A DNA stretch of 64,000 nt from Gammaproteobacteria bacterium (GTDB lineage Bacteria; Pseudomonadota; Gammaproteobacteria; Eutrophobiales; Eutrophobiaceae). Both the position numbers and the translations under genes were made by a program. The stretch covers positions 32,001-96,000 of the forward strand of contig CBDEUK010000002.1 of NCBI GenBank assembly GCA_965243205.1. The letters run 5' to 3'. The notes under the pieces are model-generated. The model was not told where the DNA came from. It saw nothing but the letters and a program-made list of their open reading frames with translations, and ran no database searches. Below are positions 49,113 to 59,945 of the stretch, one piece after another. The first letter of the stretch is position 1. Every line of letters starts with the position of its first letter.

Positions 49113-52100
49113 ATGACAGCACTTCAAAAACTACTTGATTCATTTCGAACGGCGGCAGTGACCGAGCGAGAGAAAGGCACATATTTTGAAGAGCTGACAA
49201 GAACATATCTGCGCCATGAAGCGACCTATAGAGACCTGTATAGCGATGTCTGGCTTTACGCTGATTGGGCAAAAGAACAAGGCATTGACGGCAAAGATAC
49301 CGGCATAGATTTAGTCGCGAAAACCAATGGAACTGACGAATTCCATGCCATTCAGAGCAAGTTCTATGCAGAGGACTATCGCGTCCAAAAGTCAGACATC
49401 GATAGCTTCTTTACGGCTTCCGGCAAAAAGCCTTTCACGCACCGCATCATCGTCACGACGACCAATAATTGGAGTGAAAACGCCGAAGATGCTTTGCAGG
49501 GGCAGCAACCGCCAGTCTCAAAAATAGACCTATTTGATTTGGAAAACAGCCAGATCGATTGGTCTAAGTTCCAGCCCAACCAAAAGCCGGTACTGAAAGA
49601 AAAATATGGTCTACGAGCGCATCAGAAAAAGGCGCTCAGTGAAGTTAAGGCAAATCTAAAAAACGCTGATCGCGGCAAAATGATCATGGCTTGTGGCACG
49701 GGAAAAACCTTTACAAGTCTACGGGTGGCCGAGGATTTGGCCGGTAGCGGTAAACGTGTCTTGTTCTTGGTGCCGAGCTTGGCTTTGCTGTCCCAAACGC
49801 TAACGGAATGGACGCAACAAAGCCTTATTCCTCTTCATAGCTTTGCGGTTTGCTCAGACAGCGATATCGGTAAGAAACGTAAGAAAGATGACGATGTTGT
49901 GCAGACCTTTATGCACGAACTTCGCTATCCGGCGACCACGAATGCCAAATCGCTTGCCGATGAGATGGCGAAACGGCATGACGCAGCGCACATGAGCGTC
50001 GTGTTTTCGACCTATCACTCTATTGCTGTTATCAGCGAGGCACAAAAAAAGCATGGTCTTGGCGACTTCGACTTGATTATCTGTGACGAGGCGCACCGCA
50101 CAACCGGAGCGACCTTTGAAGGGGAAGAAGAAAGCAAATTCGTCAAGATTCACGATAACAGCTTCATTCGTGGCAAGAAGCGAATTTACATGACTGCCAC
50201 CCCGCGTATCTATGGAGATAGCGCACAGGCCTCGGCGGAAAAAGACAACGTCGCACTTTGCTCAATGGATGATGAATCCCTTTATGGCAAGGATTTGCAT
50301 GTTATTACGTTTTCCGAGGCGGTCGAACGTGGCCTCTTGGTGGACTACAAGGTCATTGTATTGACCGTAGATGAAGCGCATATCAGCAAGCGACTGCAAA
50401 GCCTTTTGGCAAACGAAAATAATCAGCTCAAGGTCGATGATGCGGCCAAAATCGTAGGGTGTTGGAAGGCACTCAGTAAACAGGATCAGGAAGACGGACT
50501 TGCCGATGATAGTGATCCTATGCAACGCGCCGTTGCATTTTGTCAGGTCATTGAAGCAACAACCGGAAAAAAGACCCACAAAGTCAGTTCAAAGAATATA
50601 GCCAACATGTTTCAGGCTGTTGTGGAGGCGTATCAGGAGCAGGAAGAAGATCACAATACGCTTGTCTGCGAAGCGGCACATGTAGATGGCAGCATGAACG
50701 CTACGGAAAAGGAGGCGAAGCTCCAATGGTTAAAGCAGGAAACCCCTAAAGACACATGCCGAATTCTTAGTAATGTTCGCTGTCTTTCCGAAGGTGTAGA
50801 TGTTCCGGCGCTCGATGCCGTCCTCTTCCTAACGCCGCGCAATTCACAGGTTGATGTTGTTCAGTCTGTCGGGCGCATTATGCGAAAAGCCCCAAACAAG
50901 ACGCGGGGCTATGTAATTCTGCCCGTTGTGATCCCAACCGGTATGGAGCCTTCTAAGGCGCTAAACGACAACAAAATCTACAAAGTGGTCTGGGAAGTTC
51001 TGCAAGCCTTGCGCTCACATGATGATCGCTTTGACGCGATGATCAACAAGCTGGACTTAATCGGAAAAGACAATCGCAAAATGGAAGTGATTGCGATTAC
51101 AGACAAGATTAAGCCGAAAGCAAAGAAAACCACGGGAACGAAAAACAAAGATGCGGGAAAGCGAAGCTATTCGATAGGCGAGAAGGAAGCCGAGTATCAA
51201 CCCAGTCAAAGTGAATTGCAGTTCGAAGTTGGAGAAATTGAACGCGCCCTCTATGCCAAGGTTGTTCAGAAATGCGGCAACCGTAGTCACTGGGAAGACT
51301 GGGCAAAGGACATTGCGAAGATCGCAAAAACCCATATTACGCGTATTACAACCATTGTCACGGATTCAAAGAACAAGAAAGAAGTGGCGGCATTTCAGTC
51401 TTTCGCCAAGGAACTACGGGATGACCTGAACGACAGCATTACGGATGGCGAGGTGATAGAGATGCTAGCGCAACACCTCATTACCAAGCCCGTGTTTGAT
51501 GCCTTGTTCAAGGAGTATAGCTTCGCCAGCCATAACCCAGTATCGCAAGCGATGCAAAAGGTTCTGGATATATTGCAAGAACACAGGCTGGACAAAGAGG
51601 CCGATACCCTTGAGAAGTTCTACAACAGCGTCCAGATGCGAGCGGAGGATATTGATAGCGCGGAAGGGAAGCAAAAGATCGTAGTCGAGCTATACGACAA
51701 ATTCTTCCGGAACGCATTTCCGAGAATGACCGAACGACTCGGCATTGTTTATACGCCGGTTGAGGTCGTGGATTTCATCATTCACAGCGTTAATGACGTG
51801 CTGCAATCCGAATTCGGCCAAACATTAGGAAGCAAAGGCGTTCACATTATTGATCCGTTCACGGGAACCGGCACGTTTATTACGCGGATGTTGCAAAGCG
51901 GGCTTATCAGTAAGGAACAGCTACCTCATAAGTACAAGAACGAAATTCATGCAAACGAAATTATCTTGCTGGCTTATTACATCGCAGCGATAAATATTGA
52001 AGCGGTTTATCACAGTCTCGTTGGCGGCGACTATCAACCCTTTGAAGGCATTTGCCTGACCGATACGTTCCAGCTCTATGAAAAAGACGACATGGTGAGC

Positions 52101-54005
52101 AAGTTGATGGTGGACAACAGCGCTCGACGGACTCGGCAAAAAGAGTTGGATATTCGGGTGATCATGAGCAACCCGCCATACTCCGCCGGTCAAAAAAGTG
52201 AAAATGATAATAATGCAAACATAGCCTACAGCAATTTGGATGGGCGCATTCACGATACATACGCAGCGCATTCAACAGCTACTACTACCAAAACTTTGTT
52301 GGATTCATATATTCGTTCGATGCGTTGGGGAAGCGACCGTTTGGGTGACAGTGGCGTTATGGCATATGTCAGCAATGCTAGTTATTTGGATGGCAACTCT
52401 ATGGATGGATTACGAAAGTGCTTACGCGAAGAATATAGCAGTCTCTATGTATTTCATCTGCGAGGCAATCAGCGCACATCTGGAGAGCAGTCGCGTAAAG
52501 AGGGAGGAAAAATATTTGGGTCTGGGAGTCGCGCCCCTATAGCGATAAGCCTGTTTATCAAAAATCCAAATAAAGAAAAACGCGGGAATATTCACTTTTA
52601 CGATATCGGCGACTATCTAAGCCAAGATGAAAAGCTTGCAATCGTTTCTGAGTTTAAGAGCATAAATGGTATTGCCGCTGATGATGCTTGGCAAACCATT
52701 AAGCCCGATAAACACAATGACTGGCTTAACCAACGAGATGACAGTTTTGACGAGCATATAGCGCTAGGGAGCAAAAAGGATAAGACTGCTAAAGCGTTAT
52801 TTGAAACATATTCACAGGGATTGCAAACGAGCAGGGATGCGTGGTGTTTTAACGCTTCGAAAAAAGTTCTTCAATCCTGCGTCAAAAGAATGATCGACTT
52901 TTACAACTCAGAAATTGTTCGACTTGAAGAATATAGAAAGGAACATCCAGATACAAAAGCTAGCCAATTTGTCACTAAAGATTCAAAGAAAATAAGTTGG
53001 TCGAGTAGCCTTTATCCAAAAGTGGACAAGGGAATTTTGGCTTCGTTATCACTGAAAAGCATCGTCAAATCGCACTACAGGCCTTTTGAAAAACAGTGGC
53101 TTTTTTATGATGACATGTTCAATCACCGACAAAGCAAAATACCGAATATATTTCCGGCAGAAGGTTTTGACAATTTGGTGATTTGTGTAACCGGCACTGG
53201 GGAAAGCAAGGAGTTTTCTGTATTCATCAGTGATTCCATACCAGAGTATAAGACGCATTATAACTGCCAAAATTTTCCGCTAAAAATATATGAAAAAAAT
53301 ACGGAGACCTCTGCCAATGATCTTTTCGCGCCAGAGGCGGGGGAAGAGGATTATATTGTCAAAGACGGAATTACAGATGTTGGGCTTGCGCATTTCGAAT
53401 CGGCTTATCCAAAGGAAAATATCACTAAGGAAGATATTTTCTTCTATATCTATGGCTTGCTACATTCGAAAGACTATCGAACTCGCTATGAAGATAACTT
53501 ATCAAAGCAACTGCCGCGCATACCATTTGTAAACACCGCTAAAGACTTTTGGGCATTTAGCGAAGCAGGAAGAAAGCTTAGTGAATTACATGTGGGATAT
53601 GAAGACGCTGATCTTTACCCAGTAAAGTTGGAGGGCAATCCCAATACCGATAAAGATTACTATGTTACAAAAATGAAGTTCGGTAAGTCTGGCAAAGAAA
53701 AGGACAAAACCACGATCATCTATAACGAGCATATCACTATCAAAAACATTCCGGTCGAAGCGTATGAGTACGTAGTGAATGGGAAGCCCGCTCTCGAATG
53801 GGTCATGGAACGCCAATCCGTTAAGACTGACAAAGCCAGCGGAATAATTAACGACGCCAATCTCTACGCTATTGAAACAGTTGGCAATGCGAAGTATCCC
53901 TTAGAATTACTTCAACGAGTGATAACGGTAAGTCTGGAAACGATGAAGATCGTAAAGACGTTGCCACCGTTAGATATTGACGTTGCCGGTCAGGGGGGCG
54001 CATGA
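49113..54005 (+). CDS. Type ISP restriction-modification enzyme (Mrr-like nuclease, SF2 helicase, N6-adenine MTase, target recognition domain)
   Basis: DTGID...IQSK nuclease, ACGTGKT, DEAH, Q.VGR..R, DPFTGTG, NPPY, LlaGI/LlaBIII-like C-terminus (AYEYVVNGKPALEWV). Confidence 0.92.
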   Translation: MTALQKLLDSFRTAAVTEREKGTYFEELTRTYLRHEATYRDLYSDVWLYADWAKEQGIDGKDTGIDLVAKTNGTDEFHAIQSKFYAEDYRVQKSDIDSFFTASGKKPFTHRIIVTTTNNWSENAEDALQGQQPPVSKIDLFDLENSQIDWSKFQPNQKPVLKEKYGLRAHQKKALSEVKANLKNADRGKMIMACGTGKTFTSLRVAEDLAGSGKRVLFLVPSLALLSQTLTEWTQQSLIPLHSFAVCSDSDIGKKRKKDDDVVQTFMHELRYPATTNAKSLADEMAKRHDAAHMSVVFSTYHSIAVISEAQKKHGLGDFDLIICDEAHRTTGATFEGEEESKFVKIHDNSFIRGKKRIYMTATPRIYGDSAQASAEKDNVALCSMDDESLYGKDLHVITFSEAVERGLLVDYKVIVLTVDEAHISKRLQSLLANENNQLKVDDAAKIVGCWKALSKQDQEDGLADDSDPMQRAVAFCQVIEATTGKKTHKVSSKNIANMFQAVVEAYQEQEEDHNTLVCEAAHVDGSMNATEKEAKLQWLKQETPKDTCRILSNVRCLSEGVDVPALDAVLFLTPRNSQVDVVQSVGRIMRKAPNKTRGYVILPVVIPTGMEPSKALNDNKIYKVVWEVLQALRSHDDRFDAMINKLDLIGKDNRKMEVIAITDKIKPKAKKTTGTKNKDAGKRSYSIGEKEAEYQPSQSELQFEVGEIERALYAKVVQKCGNRSHWEDWAKDIAKIAKTHITRITTIVTDSKNKKEVAAFQSFAKELRDDLNDSITDGEVIEMLAQHLITKPVFDALFKEYSFASHNPVSQAMQKVLDILQEHRLDKEADTLEKFYNSVQMRAEDIDSAEGKQKIVVELYDKFFRNAFPRMTERLGIVYTPVEVVDFIIHSVNDVLQSEFGQTLGSKGVHIIDPFTGTGTFITRMLQSGLISKEQLPHKYKNEIHANEIILLAYYIAAINIEAVYHSLVGGDYQPFEGICLTDTFQLYEKDDMVSKLMVDNSARRTRQKELDIRVIMSNPPYSAGQKSENDNNANIAYSNLDGRIHDTYAAHSTATTTKTLLDSYIRSMRWGSDRLGDSGVMAYVSNASYLDGNSMDGLRKCLREEYSSLYVFHLRGNQRTSGEQSRKEGGKIFGSGSRAPIAISLFIKNPNKEKRGNIHFYDIGDYLSQDEKLAIVSEFKSINGIAADDAWQTIKPDKHNDWLNQRDDSFDEHIALGSKKDKTAKALFETYSQGLQTSRDAWCFNASKKVLQSCVKRMIDFYNSEIVRLEEYRKEHPDTKASQFVTKDSKKISWSSSLYPKVDKGILASLSLKSIVKSHYRPFEKQWLFYDDMFNHRQSKIPNIFPAEGFDNLVICVTGTGESKEFSVFISDSIPEYKTHYNCQNFPLKIYEKNTETSANDLFAPEAGEEDYIVKDGITDVGLAHFESAYPKENITKEDIFFYIYGLLHSKDYRTRYEDNLSKQLPRIPFVNTAKDFWAFSEAGRKLSELHVGYEDADLYPVKLEGNPNTDKDYYVTKMKFGKSGKEKDKTTIIYNEHITIKNIPVEAYEYVVNGKPALEWVMERQSVKTDKASGIINDANLYAIETVGNAKYPLELLQRVITVSLETMKIVKTLPPLDIDVAGQGGA

Positions 54006-56005
54006 GTAATGTCAATATAAAAAGGGCTGTAGAAAACATACGTTCTGGCACGACCGTCTATACGCCGCTTGTCGAGATGATCGTTAATGCGATTCAGGCC
54101 ATCGACAGTAAAAAGACAGAGGACGGTGAAGTTCAGGTAATCGTCAAGCGCTCCGGCCAAGAGGACATAGAAAACAAAATCCCGCCGGTAGAGAGCTTCC
54201 TAATCACGGATAACGGTATCGGATTTACCGATGAAAATCGGGATTCATTTGATACGTTGTACTCAGACTTCAAGATTTCGCAGGGCGGAAAAGGTTTCGG
54301 GCGTTTTACATGCTTACGATACTTTGAGGATTTGCACGTCGATAGCATTTATTCCGAAGGTCAGGCATTCAAACGCCGAAAATTTTCGATGGGGAGAGAC
54401 AATGACATCATTGTTAGTGAAAAAATCGAAGATACAGGCGAAAAGAGTTCTAAAACAACCGTAACGCTTTCATCGGCCAAGGACGGCAAGTTCACCGATA
54501 AGAAGCTATCAACCATTGCCAGAGTCTTGGTTGAGAAGTTGTTGCCGTATTTCATTGCACAAGACTATTCCTGTCCGAAAATATCGCTCATAGATGAGGG
54601 GAAATCGGAGGGCATTATCCTCAATGAGTTCGTCAGCAATGAGCTATCCGGCTTGATTAAGGAGATGAATGTTGCCGATGGCCACTATTCACTGAAAGGT
54701 ACACACGCGGATCATCAATTTTCAGTGCGCGTGTTCAAGTTCTATTCACCCAAGAGCCAGCGTAGCAAGATTAGCTTGGTGGCTCATAGGAGGGAGGCGA
54801 CTGATACAGCTATTCACAACTACATTCCAGAGTTTATCGATGAGTTTTACGATAAGGACGATACCGGATCGGATGACGTCGAGAAAAACTATATCGTAAA
54901 GGCGTATGTGTTTAGCGATTATCTCGATGACAACGTATCGCTGGAACGTGGTGGCTTCGAATTCCAAAAAGACAATGATCTTTTACTGGGCGTTTCTCAA
55001 AGTGATATTGAAAGTGCTGCCGCACAGATCGCCAAAGAAGCTGTTGGCGAAGATATTGTGGCGCGTCAGGAACGGAAGGTGGAGCGTGTTCGCTCATACG
55101 TTGAAGAGGAAGCACCGTGGCACAAGGCGATCATAGCAAGCGTTGATCTATCAACAATGCCGTACAAACCCTCTGATGCGGAAATAGAGGCTTTGCTACA
55201 AAAGGAGAAATACAAGCAAGAGGTTCAAATAAAGGGCAAGGTCAATAAGTTGCTCAATGAAGCCACGATTGACGATCTAAAGACCGATGTGCGCGAGATC
55301 GTCAATCAGATATCCGAAACAAGCAAGAATGACCTCATCCACTACATTGCCTTGCGCCGTGATGTGCTGAACCTCTTCGAAAGAAACTTGGAGCTTGATC
55401 CAGACGGTCAGTATTCGTCCGAAGGCACAGTGCATGACATCATCTTTCCGCGACGGCAAGACGACGAAGGCACATTCTTTGAAGAACACAACTTATGGAT
55501 CATTGATGAACGTCTGAATTTTACCAACTACGTTTCGTCGGACTTGCCCCTCAATGGAGGCAACTCGGAAAGACCGGATTTACTGGCCTACGATAACCGT
55601 GTGCTATTCAGGGGTGACAATGAGGCCAGCAATCCCGTCACAATCTTTGAGTTTAAGAAACCGCAGAGAGATGACTTCGTAAATCCTTCATCCAAGGAAG
55701 ATCCGGTTCAGCAAATCGTCCGGTACGTGAATAGCATTAAGGCCGGTGATTACAAAACACCAAAAGGCCGGAAAATACTGGTTGCTGAAAATACGCCATT
55801 CTATGGCTATGTGGTTTGTGATTTAACCAGCAAGGTAGAAAAGTGGCTTGAAACTGAGAAGGACTTCAAGCCGATGCCGGATGGCCTTGGATGGTTTCGC
55901 TGGCATGGAAATATCAACTTGTATATCGAAGTCATTAGTTGGGACAAAGTTCTGAAAGATGCAGGTATGAGAAACAAAATATTCTTCAAGAAGTTGGGAA
56001 TATAA
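54002..56005 (+). CDS. GHKL (MORC/MutL-like) ATPase fused to a C-terminal PD-(D/E)xK nuclease-like domain
   Basis: E.IVNAI.A, DNGIG, GGKGFGRF; C-terminal RPDL...IFEFKKP...QIVRY; ATGA overlap with the Type ISP gene. Confidence 0.82.
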   Translation: MSNVNIKRAVENIRSGTTVYTPLVEMIVNAIQAIDSKKTEDGEVQVIVKRSGQEDIENKIPPVESFLITDNGIGFTDENRDSFDTLYSDFKISQGGKGFGRFTCLRYFEDLHVDSIYSEGQAFKRRKFSMGRDNDIIVSEKIEDTGEKSSKTTVTLSSAKDGKFTDKKLSTIARVLVEKLLPYFIAQDYSCPKISLIDEGKSEGIILNEFVSNELSGLIKEMNVADGHYSLKGTHADHQFSVRVFKFYSPKSQRSKISLVAHRREATDTAIHNYIPEFIDEFYDKDDTGSDDVEKNYIVKAYVFSDYLDDNVSLERGGFEFQKDNDLLLGVSQSDIESAAAQIAKEAVGEDIVARQERKVERVRSYVEEEAPWHKAIIASVDLSTMPYKPSDAEIEALLQKEKYKQEVQIKGKVNKLLNEATIDDLKTDVREIVNQISETSKNDLIHYIALRRDVLNLFERNLELDPDGQYSSEGTVHDIIFPRRQDDEGTFFEEHNLWIIDERLNFTNYVSSDLPLNGGNSERPDLLAYDNRVLFRGDNEASNPVTIFEFKKPQRDDFVNPSSKEDPVQQIVRYVNSIKAGDYKTPKGRKILVAENTPFYGYVVCDLTSKVEKWLETEKDFKPMPDGLGWFRWHGNINLYIEVISWDKVLKDAGMRNKIFFKKLGI

Positions 56006-56020
56006 GTAGATGAGGAAGCA

Positions 56021-58615
56021 GTGTCCGTCCTGAAAGAAATACTTGAGTGGTCTTCCGAGCGCCCAACTTGGCAGCGTGATGCTTTACGCCGCCTAGTTCT
56101 CAACGACGAGCTTTCGGAGGATGATGTTCGAGAGCTTGGGAAAATCTGCAAAGGGGCGCACGGTCTGAGTGAACAACAGGATGCTTTGCCCCTAACGAAA
56201 GATCATATACCTACAGCAGACACCACCTCATCTCAAGTTGTCCTAGACTCAATCTTTCATCATCGCGGGGTCAACGCGCTGGCCGAAAACCAGACCTTGC
56301 ATTTTTCTCCTGCTCTTACGGTTGTATATGGTGACAATGCCGCAGGTAAGACCGGATACATCAGGATTCTGAAAAGCGCCTGCCGTGCTAGAGGGCAAGA
56401 GAACATACTTGGTAATGTTGTGTCCGGTAGTACCCCTCATACACCAACCGTTTCAATCAAATACAAGATTGGAAACCAGTCGGAATTGCAGGAATGGGCT
56501 GGTGAAGGCGAAGATGATTTTATCGCTCGCGTAAGTGTTTTCGACACTCAATCTGCGGCTGTCTATCTAACAGAGAAAACAGATGTTGCATTCAGGCCAT
56601 TCGGTCTTGATCTTTTCGATAAACTGGTAAAAGCATGCAAGGCTGTTCGGTCAAATCTGGAAAGGGAACAACGTGCACTAAACACAAACGATCTGTTTGC
56701 ATTACAGAGTCAGATACCAGACGGTACGCGGGTTGCAAAACTGCTTACGGGTATTTCATCGTTGACAAAACCAGAGGCCGTGCAGTCACTTTCACAATTT
56801 TCCGAGGAAGAAAAATCTCGCTTTGCATTGCTGGAAAAATCTTTGCAGGATTTGCAAGCCAATGATCCGGAAAAGTTAGCACGGCAAATGACACTCCGTG
56901 TAAGTCGCATACGAACCCTTGTTAAACATCTTCAATCAGTAGAAAGGATTCTTTCGGAAGAATCGATTTCCACAGTGTTCGATGCCAGAACGGAGGGGCG
57001 TCGCAAGAGTGAAGAAGCAAAAAGGCTTCGTGAAGCAACATTTCCAAAAGGAGTGCTTGAGGGAACAGGCTCGGAGATTTGGTCCCAACTATGGGACGCT
57101 GCACAACGATTTTCCGAAGAATCAGCCTATCAGGGTCAAGAGTATCCAGTTGTCGAAAATGATGCCCAGTGCGTTCTATGCCAACAGGAGCTAGATGACG
57201 CAGCGACCCTGAGACTCAAACAGTTCCAGACATTTGTAACGTCTACAACTGAGCGTGAGCTTCGTGAGTTGCGCGAGAAATACGCCAAAGCGAAACAGGA
57301 GTTTGTGGATTTTCAGACCAATAATGAAGTAATCCAAGAGACGATCAAGGAAATCCGTATTGAGGACGAAGAATTTGCGAATGCCGTGTCCACCGCATTA
57401 GATAGCAATGATCACCGTCGCACAAATATCGTAAACGCTTTGAATGAAAATCAGGATATTTCATCGGATTGTCCAGAAATGGTAGCAATATCTGGTGAGG
57501 TTGAGGCATTAGCTGGCCAGCTTGAAGAACGTATTAAAACTCTTAGTGGCAGTATCAAAGCGGACGAGAAAAAGCGCATGGACGCAGAGGTGCTGGAGTT
57601 TCGTGCCCGCAAGATACTAGCGGAGCATGAGGAAATCGTACTTAATGAAATCGAGCGAAAGAAAAAGTTGGCAGCGTATGAGCTATGCCTCAATGATACT
57701 AAGACGCAATCAATTACCCAGAAAAGCACGGCTGTTACAAAAAAATTCGTCACAAGTAAGCTTAAGGACAGTTTCAGCGACGAATTGGAAAATCTTGCTT
57801 TTCGTCATGTTGAGGTGGAATTGAAAGAAGCCGGAGGTACAGAAGGAGTTCTGTATCACAAGCTTATTTTGACTCGCGCACCAGGCGTGGAATTACCGCG
57901 TGTGGTGAGTGAAGGTGAGCAGAGGTGCTTGTCTATTGCAGCGTTTTTTGCGGAATTAAGTACCGCAGATGATCCGTCAGGTATTGTGTTTGACGATCCT
58001 GTTTCATCGCTTGATTACAAATGGCGCGAAGGTGTTGCTAAACGACTTGTCTTAGAATCGCAGCAACGCCAAGTTATTGTCTTTACCCATGATGTTGTAT
58101 TTTTGCTTCTGCTTAAGCAGTTTTCGGAAGAGTTGGATGTTGACCAACTAGATCAACATGTAAGGCAACTTTCTATCGGCGCGGGTGTTTGTGCGGAAGA
58201 GCTACCGTGGGTTGCATTACCGATAAGGAAGAAGATTGGATTCCTAAAAAACCAGTATCAGGGCGCGGAAAAGTTGCATCGAGATGGACACCAAGGAGCT
58301 TACGAAAAGGAGGCTAGTTATATATATGGCCTTCTTCGAGAGGCATGGGAGCGAGCGCTCGAAGAGGTGCTGTTAGGAGGGGTAGTAGAAAGGTATCGCC
58401 CTAGTGTCCAGACGCAGCAGGTTATACAAGTTGCAGACATAACGGACGATGACTGCAAGGCTTTAAGCGCGGCAATGACGAAATGCTCCAAATGGTTGAC
58501 CGGTCACGATCAAGCAGCGGCAGCAAGAGCAGAACTTCCTGAGCCAGATGCTCTAAAGGCGGATATCGAAGAGTTGGAAAACTGGGTATCAGCCATTCGC
58601 AAGCGCCGCAATTAG
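56021..58615 (+). CDS. Rad50/RloC-like ABC-type ATPase with zinc hook
   Basis: GDNAAGKT, coiled coil with CVLC, SEGEQ, FDDPVSSLD, FTHD; C-terminal helical domain (possibly HEPN-like). Confidence 0.82.
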   Translation: MSVLKEILEWSSERPTWQRDALRRLVLNDELSEDDVRELGKICKGAHGLSEQQDALPLTKDHIPTADTTSSQVVLDSIFHHRGVNALAENQTLHFSPALTVVYGDNAAGKTGYIRILKSACRARGQENILGNVVSGSTPHTPTVSIKYKIGNQSELQEWAGEGEDDFIARVSVFDTQSAAVYLTEKTDVAFRPFGLDLFDKLVKACKAVRSNLEREQRALNTNDLFALQSQIPDGTRVAKLLTGISSLTKPEAVQSLSQFSEEEKSRFALLEKSLQDLQANDPEKLARQMTLRVSRIRTLVKHLQSVERILSEESISTVFDARTEGRRKSEEAKRLREATFPKGVLEGTGSEIWSQLWDAAQRFSEESAYQGQEYPVVENDAQCVLCQQELDDAATLRLKQFQTFVTSTTERELRELREKYAKAKQEFVDFQTNNEVIQETIKEIRIEDEEFANAVSTALDSNDHRRTNIVNALNENQDISSDCPEMVAISGEVEALAGQLEERIKTLSGSIKADEKKRMDAEVLEFRARKILAEHEEIVLNEIERKKKLAAYELCLNDTKTQSITQKSTAVTKKFVTSKLKDSFSDELENLAFRHVEVELKEAGGTEGVLYHKLILTRAPGVELPRVVSEGEQRCLSIAAFFAELSTADDPSGIVFDDPVSSLDYKWREGVAKRLVLESQQRQVIVFTHDVVFLLLLKQFSEELDVDQLDQHVRQLSIGAGVCAEELPWVALPIRKKIGFLKNQYQGAEKLHRDGHQGAYEKEASYIYGLLREAWERALEEVLLGGVVERYRPSVQTQQVIQVADITDDDCKALSAAMTKCSKWLTGHDQAAAARAELPEPDALKADIEELENWVSAIRKRRN

Positions 58616-59299
58616 AGTAGCTCAAGGGCATGGTGCCCTTGAAGCCAGTTCATTTTGAATATTCTCGATGGATGCCAGTGCGTTTCTGCGCTGATGAGTA
58701 TCAGGCTCACTTCTCGCAAGTTCGTTAAACGCCTCTCTCAAATATGCGTGCAGCTCGTTTTTGTTCTTGGCTGCCAGTTCAAATCGCGTAACCAGTGTCA
58801 TTGTTACCTCCTGTTCTTGGAGGCCGCGACCATCGCGGCCTTATCAGTGGCCGCTTGTGCGCAGGAGGTCATGATTTGCACCTATGGTCGAAATATATGG
58901 AGAAGCGTGTCCGAACAGGATCGGCACGCTTGCTGGTCTATGGCTTACTGATGCAACGAATAGGTCACTCGAAAAGGCCGCAGGTTGCGGCTGGAAAGGA
59001 TGGAGCGTTACGAGTAATCGGTACGCATTGAAGGACAGTCATCGAAGATGAGCGGCCATCAATGGAAGAGAAGGAAGTATTCACCTTGCAGGTGAGCATG
59101 ATAGATCGAGAAGCAATTGAGGGGCATTGCATCCCCTCTGAATAAAGAAAAATGACGGTTTCCAGCGGAGCCAGACCCTCCGCAATTTTTCTGGATTCTT
59201 TCACCCCCGCCTAGTCGGCCTAGTCGCCAGAGGTTCATGAGCAGCGCACCACAAGCGGTGCTTGTAAGAACCTCAACAGCGAATTTAGGAGCAAAGACG

Positions 59300-59815
59300 A
59301 TGAGTGAAGAAATCAGAATTTATGTGGCAGACCTCGCAGCCTATAACAACGGCAAGTTACACGGCGTATGGATAGATGCGACCCAAGACATTAACGACAT
59401 TCAAGACCAGATTAACGCCATGCTGGCCGAAAGCCCCGAAGGCTTCGCGGAAGAATACGCCATTCACGACTACGAAGGGTTCGGTGGTTATTCTGTGAGC
59501 GAATACGAAGGTATTCAGTCATTGCATGAAATTGCCTGTTTCATTGAAGAGTATCCCGACCTTGCAGGGGAATTGCTGAGCCACTTTGGCGGACATCTTG
59601 AGGATGCCAGAAAGGCTATCGAAGAGAATTATTCCGGTTGCTACAAGTCCCTTGCGGACTATGCCGAGGAACTTACCGAAGGCACCAGCCAGATTCCTGA
59701 AAATCTCGCTTACTACATCGACTATGAGCGCATGGGGCGTGATATGGATTTAAGTGGGGATATTTACACCATCGAAACGGCCTATGAAGAAGTACACGTT
59801 TTCTGGAGTCATTGA
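59300..59815 (+). CDS. ardA: Antirestriction protein ArdA
   Basis: IYVADLAAYNNGKLHGVWID, EEYAIHDYE, YYIDYERMGRD; highly acidic; RBS AGGAG. Confidence 0.93.
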   Translation: MSEEIRIYVADLAAYNNGKLHGVWIDATQDINDIQDQINAMLAESPEGFAEEYAIHDYEGFGGYSVSEYEGIQSLHEIACFIEEYPDLAGELLSHFGGHLEDARKAIEENYSGCYKSLADYAEELTEGTSQIPENLAYYIDYERMGRDMDLSGDIYTIETAYEEVHVFWSH

Positions 59816-59828
59816 TCGCTGAGAGTGA

Positions 59829-59858
59829 TGCCGCCGGATCATCCGGCGGCAAATTTTC
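59829..59858. terminator. Hairpin terminator between ardA and the relaxase gene
   Basis: TGCCGCCGGA-TCA-TCCGGCGGCA followed by T-rich sequence; a second hairpin lies at ~59893-59921. Confidence 0.6.
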
Positions 59859-59945
59859 GTTTTCGTCCTGTTTCAGGGGAGGAAAAAATTTGCGCCGCCA
59901 AGCCTTGTTCCGGCTTGGCGGCCTGTCGCGGCTTACAGAGGCCGC

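Noticed and set aside
58620-59299. Short ORFs between the RloC-like gene and ardA
   Set aside because: Conflicting frames and no family signature; possibly a gene remnant, but I cannot support a call.
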